Shown here: piece after piece, positions 29,436-39,275 of the stretch
Layout of the letters: the number at the start of each line of letters is the position of its first letter
How positions within the stretch are numbered: the first letter of the stretch is position 1
Assembly: GCA_963834325.1 (NCBI GenBank)
Contig: CAWIBL010000011.1
Coordinates: 1,094,109 to 1,158,108 of the forward strand
Direction of reading: 5' to 3'
DNA length: 64,000 nucleotides
From: an uncultured Acidobacteriota bacterium
GTDB taxonomy: Bacteria > Acidobacteriota > Vicinamibacteria > Vicinamibacterales > UBA2999
Translations under genes and position numbers: made by a program
Notes under the pieces: model-generated
Told to the model about the DNA's origin: nothing
What the model saw: only the letters and a program-made list of their open reading frames with translations
Database searches by the model: none

Positions 29436-31115
29436 ATGCGGCCCGCCCGTCGCTCCTGGCGCCCTCATCCGCTCGTGCTCGCCATCTTCGCCACGATTGG
29501 CGCAGCCGGGCTGGTGCTGTACCTGCAGCATCGCGCCATCACGGCGCTGCAGTCGCAGACGCAGGTCATCGTGCGCCAGCTCGTCCGAGCAGGCCGCCGA
29601 CGACGTCGCCCGGGGCCTGCGGCGCACGCTCAACGGACCGATCTTCGACACCCTGGCCGCGGTCAACCACCCCGACCTGCGCGCCGGCCGCATGGACCTC
29701 GTGGCCCGCAAGTTCGCCGAAGGGCTCGAGGCCTACCCGCACGTCGAGCGCTTCTTCGCCTGGCGGGCGCAGCCCACGCTCCGCCGCCGCCGACGTGCTG
29801 TTCCACGGCCGCACCGGCGGGTTCGTCCGCGACGCCGCGATGGGCCGCGACGTGCTCGACCTGGCCCGCCGTCACGCCGGGTCGCAGCAGATCTACGTCG
29901 CCGCCGAGGGCGTCGGGCACGGGGCCCGGCAGATGTTCCTGCGCCTGTTCTGGACCGACGCCCGGCGCCTCGACTACTTCGCCGTGCTCGGCTTCGTCAT
30001 CGACCCGACGAGCCTGCCGCGAGCAGCTCTTCGCCGGGCGCCACGGCGCCGGCCTCGAGACGCTGCTGGCCCGGCGCGGCGGCGAGCTGCCGTTGCAGCT
30101 CCGCGTGTCGCGACGAGCGCGGCACGGTCGTGTTCGGGACGCTGGCGCCCGGGGTCAAGGGCGTGCGGCTGCCGTTCCCGATGCTGTTCTATCCCGCCGA
30201 CGACATCCGCTCGCGCCTGGCCGCCGAAGTGACGGCGCAGCCCTGGACGATCGAGGTGGGCGCCCCGGCCATTGGCGGGGCCATGGCCGGCAGCGGCTAC
30301 GGCTATGGGCCGACCGCGCTGTCGCTGCTGCTGATGCTGGTGGCGCTCGGGCTCGCCTTGCAGGCGCACCGCCGCTCCGCCGAGCTGGCGCGGATGCAGA
30401 CCGACTTCGTGGCCCACGTGTCGCACCAGCTCAAGACGCCGCTGTCGCTGCTGAGCGCGGCGACCGAGACGCTGCAGATGGACCGCATCCGCTCGCCCGA
30501 GCGGCTGGCCGAGTACCTCGACACCATCCGCGCCGAGGCGCAGCGGCTGGCCGCGCTGGTGCAGCGCGTGCTCGAGTTCTCGCGCGTGCAGCAGCAGCGC
30601 AGCTACGAGTTCGAGCAGGTCGACCTGGGCGCGCTGGTGCGCGAGACGGTCGATGCCTTCGCGCACGGCCTGGCCAGCCGGCAGGTGGTCTTCGACGTGC
30701 GCCTGACCGGCCCGGGGCCGTTCGTGCTGGCCGACCCGGCGGCCCTCGAGCAGGTCGTCGCCAACCTGCTCGACAACGCCGTCAAGTACTCGAGCCGCCG
30801 ACCAGCCGGTGTCGGTCACCGTCCGGGCCGAACGGCTGTGGGCCATCATCGAGGTCGCCGATCGCGGCGTCGGCATCGCCGCCGCCGACCAGGAGCGCAT
30901 CTTCGAGCGCTTCTACCGCGTGCCGGGCGCCGGCCATCGCCAGGGCTTCGGCCTGGGCCTGCCGATCGTGCGCGAGCTGGTGCACGCGCAGGGCGGCAGC
31001 GTCGACGTGTCGAGCGCGCTCGGCGCCGGCAGCACGTTCCGGGTGATGCTGCGCTGCGTCACCGGGCCGATCGTCAACGGACAGGGCGCCGCTGCGCCAG
31101 CCGGAGGCCGTGTGA
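29436..31115 (+). pseudogene. Membrane sensor histidine kinase (2 TM, periplasmic domain, HisKA, HATPase_c); about 6 +1 frame breaks
   Basis: TM1 is HPLVLAIFATIGAAGLVLYL and TM2 is GPTALSLLLMLVALGLAL. The H-box is FVAHVSHQLKTPLS, the N-box is NLLDNAVKYS, and the G boxes are DRGVGI and GFGLGLPIV. The frames used are 0,1,2,0,1,2,0. The stop at 31113-31115 overlaps the next ATG as TGATG. Confidence 0.8.
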
Positions 31116-31826
31116 TGAACGCCGACCTGGTGCAAGGCCGAGGACGCCAAGCACGTGCTGGTGGTCGAGGACGAGCCGCAGATGCGCGCGATGCTGGCCG
31201 ACAACCTCGAGTTCGAGGGCTACCGCGTCACCGCGGTGGCCTCGGGCGAGGAGGCGCTGCAGGCGGTGGCCGGGCGCCACTACGCGCTGCTGCTCCTCGA
31301 CGTGATGCTGCCGGGCATGAGCGGCTTCGACGTGTGCCAGCAGCTCCGCGCCCGGGCGCTGCACATGCCGATTGTCGTGCTCACGGCCCGGACGCACGAG
31401 CAGGACCGCATCCGCGGTCTCGACCTCGGCGCCGACGACTACGTCAGCAAGCCGTTCAGCGTGCGCGAGCTGCTGGCGCGCGTGCGCGCGCTGGTGCGGC
31501 GCGACGACTGGCACTCGCCCGGCGGCGGCGAGTTCACGCTCGGCGACGTCGTGGTCAAGCCGCAGCAGCGGCTGGTGCTGCGCAAGGGCCGGCGCGTGGC
31601 GCTCTCGGCCCGCGAGTTCGAGCTGCTGCGCTACCTCTTCGCGCACCGCAACGAGGTGGTCAGCCGCGAGCAGCTGCTGCGCGACGTGTGGGGCTACAGC
31701 CACCTGTCGGTCACCCGCACCGTGGACAACTACGTGGCCAAGCTGCGCACGCACATCGAGCCGCGTCCGCACGAGCCGCGCTACCTCATCACCGTGCACG
31801 GCAGCGGCTACCAGCTGCTGGCGTAG
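31115..31826 (+). pseudogene. OmpR/PhoB-family response regulator; one +1 break at ~31138, otherwise intact
   Basis: After repair the N-terminus reads MNADLVQ/AEDAKHVLVVEDEPQMRAML. The receiver has LLLDVMLPGMSGF and ADDYVSKPF. The winged-helix part has REFELLRYLFAHRNEVVSREQLL, TVDNYVAKLR and ITVHGSGYQL. Confidence 0.9.
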
Positions 31827-31886
31827 GCCGGCGGCGTGGCCGCGTCGCCGCGGCGCGCCAGCCGCCTGGGCGCCAGCCGCGCCATG

Positions 31887-33137
31887 TCACCCCTCCGGGA
31901 TGATGCCCAGTTCGATGTAACGCGGCCGGACGGCGGCGCGAATGGCCGGCAACTGGCGCCAGAACCACACCGCGGTCAGGACGCACGCGGCGCCGGCCGC
32001 CAACAGCGTCGTCTCGACCCCGACCCGGTCGGCCAGCAGGCCCCCGAACAGGCTGCCGAGCGGCGCCGAGCCGAGCAGGGCGATGGTGTAGAACGACATG
32101 ACCCGCCCGCGCTTGTCGTCGTCGACGATGGTCTGGACGATGGTGTTGGTGGCCACCACCTGGTACATCAGGCCGTAGCCGGTCACGGCCATGAGCGCCA
32201 TCGACAGCCACAGCCACGGCGACAAGGCCAGAAGCACGACCCCAGCGCCGAAGGCGGCTACCGCCGTGGCAATGGTCTGCCCCAGGCCGACGATGCTCTG
32301 GCGCAGCACCAGACGCACCGCGCACGCGAGCGCCCCGATACCCGAGGCGGCCATCAGGAAGCCGAGCGTGTGGGCGCCGCCGTCGAGGGTGCGGCCGGCC
32401 ACGATCGGCATGAGCGTGGTGTAGGGGGCGCTCAGGATGCCGATGGCGCCGAGGAACACGAGCAGGCTGCGGATGGGCGTGGACTGCGTGACGTAGCGCC
32501 ACCCGTCGGCCAGCTCGAGGCGGATGCGCCGATTGGCTGGCGGCCGCACTTCGGGCGGCACGCGCATCGACAGCAGACCCCAGATCACGGCGATGTAGCT
32601 GAGGCCGTCGATGAGGAAGCAGTAGCCTTCGCCGACCGCCGCCACGACGGCGCCGGCGATGGCCGGACCGACCAGCCGCGCGCTGTTGAAGTTCGACGAG
32701 TTGAGGGCGATGGCGTTGCTGAGATCGGCGCGGTCGTCGATCATCCGCACCACGAACGCCTGGCGGGTCGGGAGCTCGACGGCGCTGATCACGCCCTGGA
32801 ACAACGTCAGGCCGATGATCCACGGCATGTTGATGTGGCCGCTCAGCGTCAGCGCCGCCAGCGCGAGCGACTGGGCCATGGCCAGCGCCTGGGTGGCGAT
32901 GAGCACCCGGTGGCGATCGAACCGGTCGAGCCACACGCCGGCCAGCGGCGGCAGGAAGAGCGACGGGGCCTGCCCGGCGAAGCCGACCAGGCCGAGCAGG
33001 AAGGCGGAATCGGTCAGGCGGTAGACGAGCCAGGCCGTGGCCAACCGGGTCATCCACGAGCCGATGAGCGAGATGCCCTGCCCGATGAAGAACAGCCGGT
33101 AATTGCGGGAGCGAAGGGCGCGGAAAGGAGAACTCAC
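31887..33137 (-). CDS. MFS transporter (EntS/MFS_3-like)
   Basis: 416-aa intact ORF starting MSSPFRALRSRNYRLFFIGQGISLIGSWM, with about 12 TM helices. Confidence 0.9.
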   Translation of the reverse strand: MSSPFRALRSRNYRLFFIGQGISLIGSWMTRLATAWLVYRLTDSAFLLGLVGFAGQAPSLFLPPLAGVWLDRFDRHRVLIATQALAMAQSLALAALTLSGHINMPWIIGLTLFQGVISAVELPTRQAFVVRMIDDRADLSNAIALNSSNFNSARLVGPAIAGAVVAAVGEGYCFLIDGLSYIAVIWGLLSMRVPPEVRPPANRRIRLELADGWRYVTQSTPIRSLLVFLGAIGILSAPYTTLMPIVAGRTLDGGAHTLGFLMAASGIGALACAVRLVLRQSIVGLGQTIATAVAAFGAGVVLLALSPWLWLSMALMAVTGYGLMYQVVATNTIVQTIVDDDKRGRVMSFYTIALLGSAPLGSLFGGLLADRVGVETTLLAAGAACVLTAVWFWRQLPAIRAAVRPRYIELGIIPEG

Positions 33138-33158
33138 GAGGACCCGGGGGCCGCGCCG

Positions 33159-34631
33159 CTACCGCACGCGCTCGAGGTAGCCGTCGCCGGTGAACATCCG
33201 CACCACGCGCCCGCCTTCCTCCACGAAACGCACGATCTCGCCGACCGGGCCGCCGCCGGTGGGGGCGGTGTAGCGGAACTGGCCGTTGCCGATCGGCTCG
33301 AGCCGGATCGGGTTGTCGAGGTTCGGGGCGCTGGGCGTGATGATCACCAGCCGCTGGTCGAGTTCGACGACCTGGGAGTCGCCGCCGCGGCCGCGGTAGA
33401 GACCGGCAAAGCGCGCCCACGACGGATCCCACGCCTTGGTGGCGGCATCGGGTTTGGGCGCCGAGGCCTTGGCCACGGCCTCGCCGACGGTGTTCATGAG
33501 CTGTGTGGCGATGGCGCCGGGATTGGCGTCGTCGGCGTTGGTCAGCACGATCACCGCGACCTTGCCCGCCGGGTAGAGCATCGTCTGCGTCTGGTAGCCG
33601 GGATAGCTGCCGCCGTGCGACACGTAGACCTTGTCGCGCTCACGCCGCACGGCAAAGCCGATGGCGTTGCCCTGGGTCCAGTTGCTCTCGAGCACGCGGA
33701 CGCGGTGCATCTCGCGCAGCGACCCGGTGCTGAGGATGTTAACGCCCCCGCGGCGGCCGGTGCGGAACTGGGCCGCGGCGAACTTGGCCATGTCGTCCAC
33801 GGTGGAGGTGATGCCGGTGGCCGCAGCCATGCCCCGGGCGTCGATGAACGGATTGGTGGCGCGCGTGTTGTCGGGCATCAGCCGGTTGTAGCCGATCGCC
33901 AGCCCGGCCACGACGGCGTCCACGCTCGATGACGACATGCCGAGCGGCTCGTAGATGTGCTGCTGCACGTAGTCGGCCCAGCGCTGCCCGCTCACGGCCT
34001 CGATCACCAGCCCGGCCACCGAGAAGGCCAGGTTGGAGTACTTCCAGCGCACTTCGGGCGAGAACGGCGCCTGGCGTTCCGCCATCAGCTCGCGCAGTTC
34101 CTCGGTGGTCGGGAAGGCGAACGTCGTCCAGTGCGACCCCGCCTCCCGCGGCAGGCCGGAGGTGTGGGTGAGCAGTTCTTCGATGGTGATTTCGGGATCG
34201 TCGTCGGCGGCGCGCTTGACCTTGAACCACGGCAGGTACCTCGCCACCGGATCGTCGAGCCGCAGCTTGCCGTCCTCGCGCAACTGCATGATCGCCGTGG
34301 CGGTGAAGAGCTTGCTGTGCGAGGCCATGCGGAACCTGGTCTGCGGCGTCATCGGCGTCTTCCGCTCGGTGTCGGCCCAGCCGAAGCCCTGCGACCAGAC
34401 CAGATCCTGATCGGCCACGACGCCCACCGCCACACCCGGCAGGTGGCGATGGAGGAGTTGCCCCTCGAGCCACGCGGTGAAGAGGCGGACCGCTCCCTGC
34501 ACCTCGGCATCGGCCGCGACCCGAGCCGCCGGGGCGGCCGGTTGCGCGCCCGGCGCGGCTGTCGCCAGGATCAGCGCCGCCATCAGGACGGCGAAGACGA
34601 ACGGAAAGCGCTGGACGGTGGGTCTGGGCAT
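33159..34631 (-). CDS. Secreted serine hydrolase of the beta-lactamase/PBP (class C-like) fold
   Basis: 490-aa intact ORF with a signal peptide. It has the SHSK (SxxK) nucleophile motif, YSN-like YSNLAF, and HGGSYPGY. It lies 21 nt upstream of the MFS gene on the same strand. Confidence 0.9.
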   Translation of the reverse strand: MPRPTVQRFPFVFAVLMAALILATAAPGAQPAAPAARVAADAEVQGAVRLFTAWLEGQLLHRHLPGVAVGVVADQDLVWSQGFGWADTERKTPMTPQTRFRMASHSKLFTATAIMQLREDGKLRLDDPVARYLPWFKVKRAADDDPEITIEELLTHTSGLPREAGSHWTTFAFPTTEELRELMAERQAPFSPEVRWKYSNLAFSVAGLVIEAVSGQRWADYVQQHIYEPLGMSSSSVDAVVAGLAIGYNRLMPDNTRATNPFIDARGMAAATGITSTVDDMAKFAAAQFRTGRRGGVNILSTGSLREMHRVRVLESNWTQGNAIGFAVRRERDKVYVSHGGSYPGYQTQTMLYPAGKVAVIVLTNADDANPGAIATQLMNTVGEAVAKASAPKPDAATKAWDPSWARFAGLYRGRGGDSQVVELDQRLVIITPSAPNLDNPIRLEPIGNGQFRYTAPTGGGPVGEIVRFVEEGGRVVRMFTGDGYLERVR

Positions 34632-34749
34632 GGCGCGATCTCCTGGATGACGGCGCGACCATTATCCACAGCGTTCCGCCCGGCACAACGCCGGCGGCGT
34701 CGACCGGTCGCCGATGGCTGAGGGGCGGCGTAGTACGATGGAGGTGCCC

Positions 34750-35334
34750 ATGTCACAGAACCCACCCGTCCCCTCACCCCGTTCGACCGATTGCGCCCGC
34801 CGCACCGTGCTTCGCGGCGCCGCCGGGCTGATGCTCGCGTGGCTGACGCCGGTGCGTGCCGCCGCCCAGGAGGCGGAGGTGGCCGGGCCCGCCGCGGGCG
34901 ACTGGCTGGTCCGCGTCGGCGACACCAACCTCATTCCGCTGACCCCCGACGACGTGCCCGCCGACGGTCAGGCGGTCATGGTGTGGCCGCTCGCGCCCAA
35001 GGGCGATGTGCTCAAGGACGGCTCGTCGCTCAACCGGATCCTGCTGGCGCGCCTCAACCCGTCGTCGCTGTCGGCGGCGACCCGCGGCCGCGCCGCCGAC
35101 GACATCGTGGCCTACTCGGCCATCTGCACCCACTCGGGCTGCGAGGTCGACGACAACGTCGGCGACAACCAGACCATCTTCTGCAGTTGCCACCAGTCCA
35201 CGTTCGACCCGCGCGATTCCGGCGCGGTCATCGGCGGTCCGGCGCCGCGCAGCCTGCCGGCGATGCCGCTGAAGCTGGTCGACGGGCGCCTGGTCATCGC
35301 CGGCGCGTTCACGTCGCCTCCGGGCTTCGGCTAG
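34750..35334 (+). CDS. Rieske [2Fe-2S] domain protein with a Tat signal
   Basis: It has the CTHSGC and CSCHQSTF cluster motifs and RRTVLRGAAGLML. GGAGG lies 6 nt upstream of the ATG at 34750. The track ORF starts at 34714. Confidence 0.85.
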   Translation: MSQNPPVPSPRSTDCARRTVLRGAAGLMLAWLTPVRAAAQEAEVAGPAAGDWLVRVGDTNLIPLTPDDVPADGQAVMVWPLAPKGDVLKDGSSLNRILLARLNPSSLSAATRGRAADDIVAYSAICTHSGCEVDDNVGDNQTIFCSCHQSTFDPRDSGAVIGGPAPRSLPAMPLKLVDGRLVIAGAFTSPPGFG

Positions 35335-35340
35335 CCTGCG

Positions 35341-37734
35341 TCAGTCGCCGGTCGGGCGGACCGCCGGCGGCGGCAGCGCCTGCATCTGGTATTCCTTGGG
35401 CGGCTCGGCGCCGAGCAGGTGGCGCACGAAGTAGTCCCAGCGGCGGCGCATGACGTAGGGCCCGTCCACGCCGTAGCCGTGGCGCTGGCTGGGCAAGAGG
35501 AGCAGGTCGAAGTCCTTGTTGGCTTTGATCAGCGCTTCGATCACCAGGTAGGTGCTCTGCGGCGGCACGTTGTCGTCCATCATGCCGTGCATCAGCAGCA
35601 GCTTGCCCTTGAGCTGTTTGGCCAGCGTCTGGTTGGCCTCGGCCTCGTAGGTGTCGCGCGGCTCGTCGCCGCTCTGATGGGCGCCGCCCAGGCGGTGCAG
35701 CAGGCCCTGGTAGCGCTCGCCCCAGTCGTCCTCGTAGACGCGCTGGTCGTGGTTGCCCGATTCCGAGATGCCGACCTTGAAGAAGTCGGGATAGCGGAAC
35801 ATCGCCCCGGCGGTGATGAACCCGCCGCCGGAGTGGCCCCACATCCCGGCGCGGTCGATGTCGATCCACGGGTAGCGCGCCGCCAGTTCCTTCATGCCGG
35901 CCACCTGGTCGGGCAGCGTGTTGTCGCGGCCCATCGCGCCGTAATAAGCGTCGTGGAACGACTTCGAGCGGCCGGGCGTGCCCATGCCGTCGATCGACAC
36001 GACCACGAAGCCGAGTTCGGCCAGCGCCTGGTTGTCGCCGCGCGCCGCGGCGAAGGCCCGGCTGCCGACGCTGCCGCTCTGCGGCCCGGGATACGCGTAG
36101 TTGATGATCGGGTACTTCCTGGCGGCGTCGAAGGTGGTCGGCCGGAAGAGCAGCCCGTGGAGGTCGGTCTTGCCGTCGCGCCCCTTCACGGTGATCGGCA
36201 TGGGCGGCTGCCAGCCGGCCGCCGTGAGCTTCGAGAGGTCGGCCTTCTCGAGGGGCATCACCACGGCCCCGGCCGGGTCGCGGATGACCACCTCCGGACC
36301 GCGCTCGGGCGTGGACACGGTGACGACGGCGAAGGCGCCGGTCGGCGACATCTGCACGACATGGTGCCCGTCGCCGGGGGTCAGCGAGGCGTAGCCCTTG
36401 CCGTCGAGGCCAACGCGGTAGAAGTGCGCGAAGTAGGGATCCTGCTTGGGCTCGCGGCCGTTGGCGGTGAAGAACACGGTGCGCGTCTGCTCGTCGACGC
36501 GGACGATGCGGGTCACCGGGCCCGGGCCCGACGTCACCTGGTTCTTGAGGCGGCCGTTCGTGAGGTCGTAGAGATACAGGTGGCTCCAGTCGTCGCGCTG
36601 CGAGTTCCACAGGATCTCGTCGGTGGCCCACAGCACGCGCCAGCCGGCCGGCGACTCGAAATGGGTCTTCTCGGACTCGGCAAAGACCGTGCGGACATCG
36701 CCAGTCGTCACCTCGGCCACGCGCACCGTGGCGGTCTTGTGGTCGCGCGCGGTGGACACGAAGGCCAGCCGCGCGGCATCGGGGCTCCAGATCATGTCGT
36801 TCACCGAGAAGTCGTCGCCGAGCATGGCGCGGTGATAGTCGGGCGCCATCTTGAAACGCACGACCGCGCCGCTGTCGGTGTCGATGACGACGCGGTGCAG
36901 CATGGCCACGGCCTCGTCGCCAGGGAGAGGGTACTTCCAGGCCTTGAGCACCGGGTGGCCGGCCCTGGTCTCGACCAGGTACATCTCGCCCACTTTCCGT
37001 TCGTCCTGCTGGAAGGTGGCCACTTTCTTCGAATCGGGCGACCACAGCACGACCGGCCGCGGCGACGACCGCCAGCCGGCGTTGTCGGTGGCGTAGCCGA
37101 AGTCGGGCTCGCCGTCGGTCGTGAGCGGGCGCTCGACTTGCGAGTCCCGGTCGCGCACCCACAGGTTCCAGTCCTTGATGAAGACCGCGCGCGTGCCGTC
37201 GGGCGAGACGACGGCGTTCCCGTCGCGGGTGGCGCCGGCCGTGCAGGTGGCGCCGGTGACGTCGCAGCGGTAGCGCGTCTGGCCCACGTCCATGGCCACC
37301 GACGTGCCGTCGGCCGACAGCTCGACGGCCGGGAACGGCAGCCGCTTGGCGTCCATCTTGGTGGCCGAGGCCGTGGCCAGCGCGGCCGCCAGCCGTTCGT
37401 GATCGAAGGCGGGCAGGCGCGTCTTCCTGGCCGGGTCGACGAGCATGAACACCACCCCGTCGGCGGTGGTGCTGCGGTAGGTGAAGCGGTCGTCGGGCAG
37501 CCAGGTGGCCGTGACCGTGCCGCCGATGACCAGCGGGTTCACCGTCGGGCCGAGCAGCCGTTCGGCCCGGGCGTAGTCGGCGGTGGTCAGCGCCGGCTGG
37601 GCCGGCAGCGCGGCCGGTGGCGCCGCCGTGGCGGCTGGTTGTGCCAGGCTCACACCGGGCGCCGCCGTCACCGCCGTTGCGAACACGAGCACTCGGGCGG
37701 CTGTCAGGGCAGGGCCAACGCGCAGCGTCATCAA
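35341..37734 (-). CDS. S9-family peptidase, dipeptidyl-peptidase IV type (beta-propeller plus alpha/beta hydrolase)
   Basis: 797-aa intact ORF with a signal peptide. It has the GHSGGGF nucleophile elbow, and MHGMMDDNV and HGY for the Asp/His region. Confidence 0.9.
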   Translation of the reverse strand: MMTLRVGPALTAARVLVFATAVTAAPGVSLAQPAATAAPPAALPAQPALTTADYARAERLLGPTVNPLVIGGTVTATWLPDDRFTYRSTTADGVVFMLVDPARKTRLPAFDHERLAAALATASATKMDAKRLPFPAVELSADGTSVAMDVGQTRYRCDVTGATCTAGATRDGNAVVSPDGTRAVFIKDWNLWVRDRDSQVERPLTTDGEPDFGYATDNAGWRSSPRPVVLWSPDSKKVATFQQDERKVGEMYLVETRAGHPVLKAWKYPLPGDEAVAMLHRVVIDTDSGAVVRFKMAPDYHRAMLGDDFSVNDMIWSPDAARLAFVSTARDHKTATVRVAEVTTGDVRTVFAESEKTHFESPAGWRVLWATDEILWNSQRDDWSHLYLYDLTNGRLKNQVTSGPGPVTRIVRVDEQTRTVFFTANGREPKQDPYFAHFYRVGLDGKGYASLTPGDGHHVVQMSPTGAFAVVTVSTPERGPEVVIRDPAGAVVMPLEKADLSKLTAAGWQPPMPITVKGRDGKTDLHGLLFRPTTFDAARKYPIINYAYPGPQSGSVGSRAFAAARGDNQALAELGFVVVSIDGMGTPGRSKSFHDAYYGAMGRDNTLPDQVAGMKELAARYPWIDIDRAGMWGHSGGGFITAGAMFRYPDFFKVGISESGNHDQRVYEDDWGERYQGLLHRLGGAHQSGDEPRDTYEAEANQTLAKQLKGKLLLMHGMMDDNVPPQSTYLVIEALIKANKDFDLLLLPSQRHGYGVDGPYVMRRRWDYFVRHLLGAEPPKEYQMQALPPPAVRPTGD

Positions 37735-37825
37735 GAGACTCCTCGAACGCTGAGTTTAGCGCGGTTACCGCGCGGCGGGGGGTGGCCTCGTATAATCAGA
37801 GGATCGCCCATCCCAGGAGTGCGCC

Positions 37826-39265
37826 GTGAGTGAGCCCGAAGAAGATTTCGCCGCGATGTTCGAAGCCTCGGTCAAGGCCAAGCAGTTCGACCGCGGTCAG
37901 ATGATCGAGGGCACGATCGTGGCGTTCGGTCCGAAAGTGGCGTTCGTCAACGTCGGCGGCAAGGGCGAAGCGCAGATCGACCTCGAGGAACTGAAGGACG
38001 CCGAGGGCGACGTCGAGTTCTCGGCCGGCGACCGCCTCCAGGCAATGGTCGTGTCCACCGCCGGCGGCATCGTGCTGTCGCGCAAGGGCGTGCGCAACGC
38101 CGCCACCCAGCGCGAGATCGAAGACGCCTACCAGGCCGGGCTCGCCGTCGAAGGCAAGGTCGACAAGCAGGTCAAGGGCGGCTACGAGGTGCGCATCGCC
38201 CGCGAGCGCGCCTTCTGCCCGCTGTCGCAGATCGACATCAGCCGCACCACCGACCCGGCGGTGCACGAGGGCAAGACCTACACCTTCAAGATCATCGAGT
38301 ACAAGGACGGCGGCAAGGACATCGTCGTGTCGCGCCGCAAGCAGCTCGAGGAAGAGCAGAAGGCCGGCGCCGCCGAGGCCCGCAAGGCCATCGTGGTCGG
38401 CGCCGTGCTGCCCGGCCGCATCACCTCGGTGCTCGACTTCGGCGCCTTCGTCGATCTGGGCGGCGGCATCCAGGGCCTGCTGCACGTCTCCGAGATGGGC
38501 TGGTCGCGGGTCACCAACCCGAACGAGATCGTGGCTCCCGGCGATCAGATCACGGTGAAGGTGCTGCGCGTCGACGACGGCAGCCACAAGATCTCGCTCG
38601 GGCTCAAGCAGCTGCTCGACGATCCGTGGACGGCCGTGGCCACCAGCTACGAGGTCGGCCAGGTGCGCACCGGCCGGATCACGCGCGTGGCCGAGTTCGG
38701 CGCCTTCGTGGAACTCGAGCCCGGCATCGAAGGCCTGGCCCACGCGTCCACCTTCGCGCCCACCGGCCGGGTCGGCGGCTGGGCCAAGACGCTCACCACC
38801 GGCACCACCAGCGCGTTCGAGATCCTGAGCATCGACCTGGCGCAAAAGCGCATCGGCGTGGCCATGGTCGAGGCCGGTTCGTCGCGGGCCGCGGGGTCCA
38901 CGGCCGCGCCGACCGGGATCACGCCCGGGGCGATCGTTACCGGCAAGGTCGACCGGCACGAGAAGTTCGGCGTGTTCGTGTTCCTGGCGCCCGGCAAGAC
39001 CGGCCTCATTCCGTTTGCGGAAACCGGCGTGGACCGCGATCAGGATTTGTTGAAGGCGTTCCCCATCGGCAGCGAGGTCGAGGTCGTGGTCCTCGAAGTC
39101 GACGCCGCCGGGCGGCGCATTCGCCTCAGCAAGAAGGCGGTGGCGGAACAGCAGGAGCAGGCGGAACTGCGCGAGTACGCGGCCCGGCCCGAGGCCGCGC
39201 CGGCCTCGTCGCTCGGCTCCCTGGCCGACAAGCTGCGGGGCGCGCTCGATACCCGCCGCAAGTAG
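37826..39265 (+). CDS. S1 RNA-binding-domain protein with five S1 repeats (ribosomal protein S1-like)
   Basis: AGGAG lies 6 nt upstream of the GTG at 37826. There are five repeats of the type G.V..G.I..V..FGAFV.L..G..GL.H.SE. Confidence 0.85.
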   Translation: MSEPEEDFAAMFEASVKAKQFDRGQMIEGTIVAFGPKVAFVNVGGKGEAQIDLEELKDAEGDVEFSAGDRLQAMVVSTAGGIVLSRKGVRNAATQREIEDAYQAGLAVEGKVDKQVKGGYEVRIARERAFCPLSQIDISRTTDPAVHEGKTYTFKIIEYKDGGKDIVVSRRKQLEEEQKAGAAEARKAIVVGAVLPGRITSVLDFGAFVDLGGGIQGLLHVSEMGWSRVTNPNEIVAPGDQITVKVLRVDDGSHKISLGLKQLLDDPWTAVATSYEVGQVRTGRITRVAEFGAFVELEPGIEGLAHASTFAPTGRVGGWAKTLTTGTTSAFEILSIDLAQKRIGVAMVEAGSSRAAGSTAAPTGITPGAIVTGKVDRHEKFGVFVFLAPGKTGLIPFAETGVDRDQDLLKAFPIGSEVEVVVLEVDAAGRRIRLSKKAVAEQQEQAELREYAARPEAAPASSLGSLADKLRGALDTRRK

Positions 39266-39275
39266 CCGCGCGGCG

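Noticed and set aside
31836-33932. 698-aa plus-strand ORF
   Set aside because: It is antisense across the MFS and beta-lactamase-fold genes, both of which have clear family motifs on the minus strand.
35419-37833. 804-aa plus-strand ORF, and ORF 35309..37162(-)
   Set aside because: They are antisense or alternate-frame to the intact DPP-IV-type peptidase gene (GHSGGG motif on the minus strand, frame of 35341..37734).
37796-38959. 387-aa minus-strand ORF
   Set aside because: It is antisense to the five-repeat S1-domain gene.
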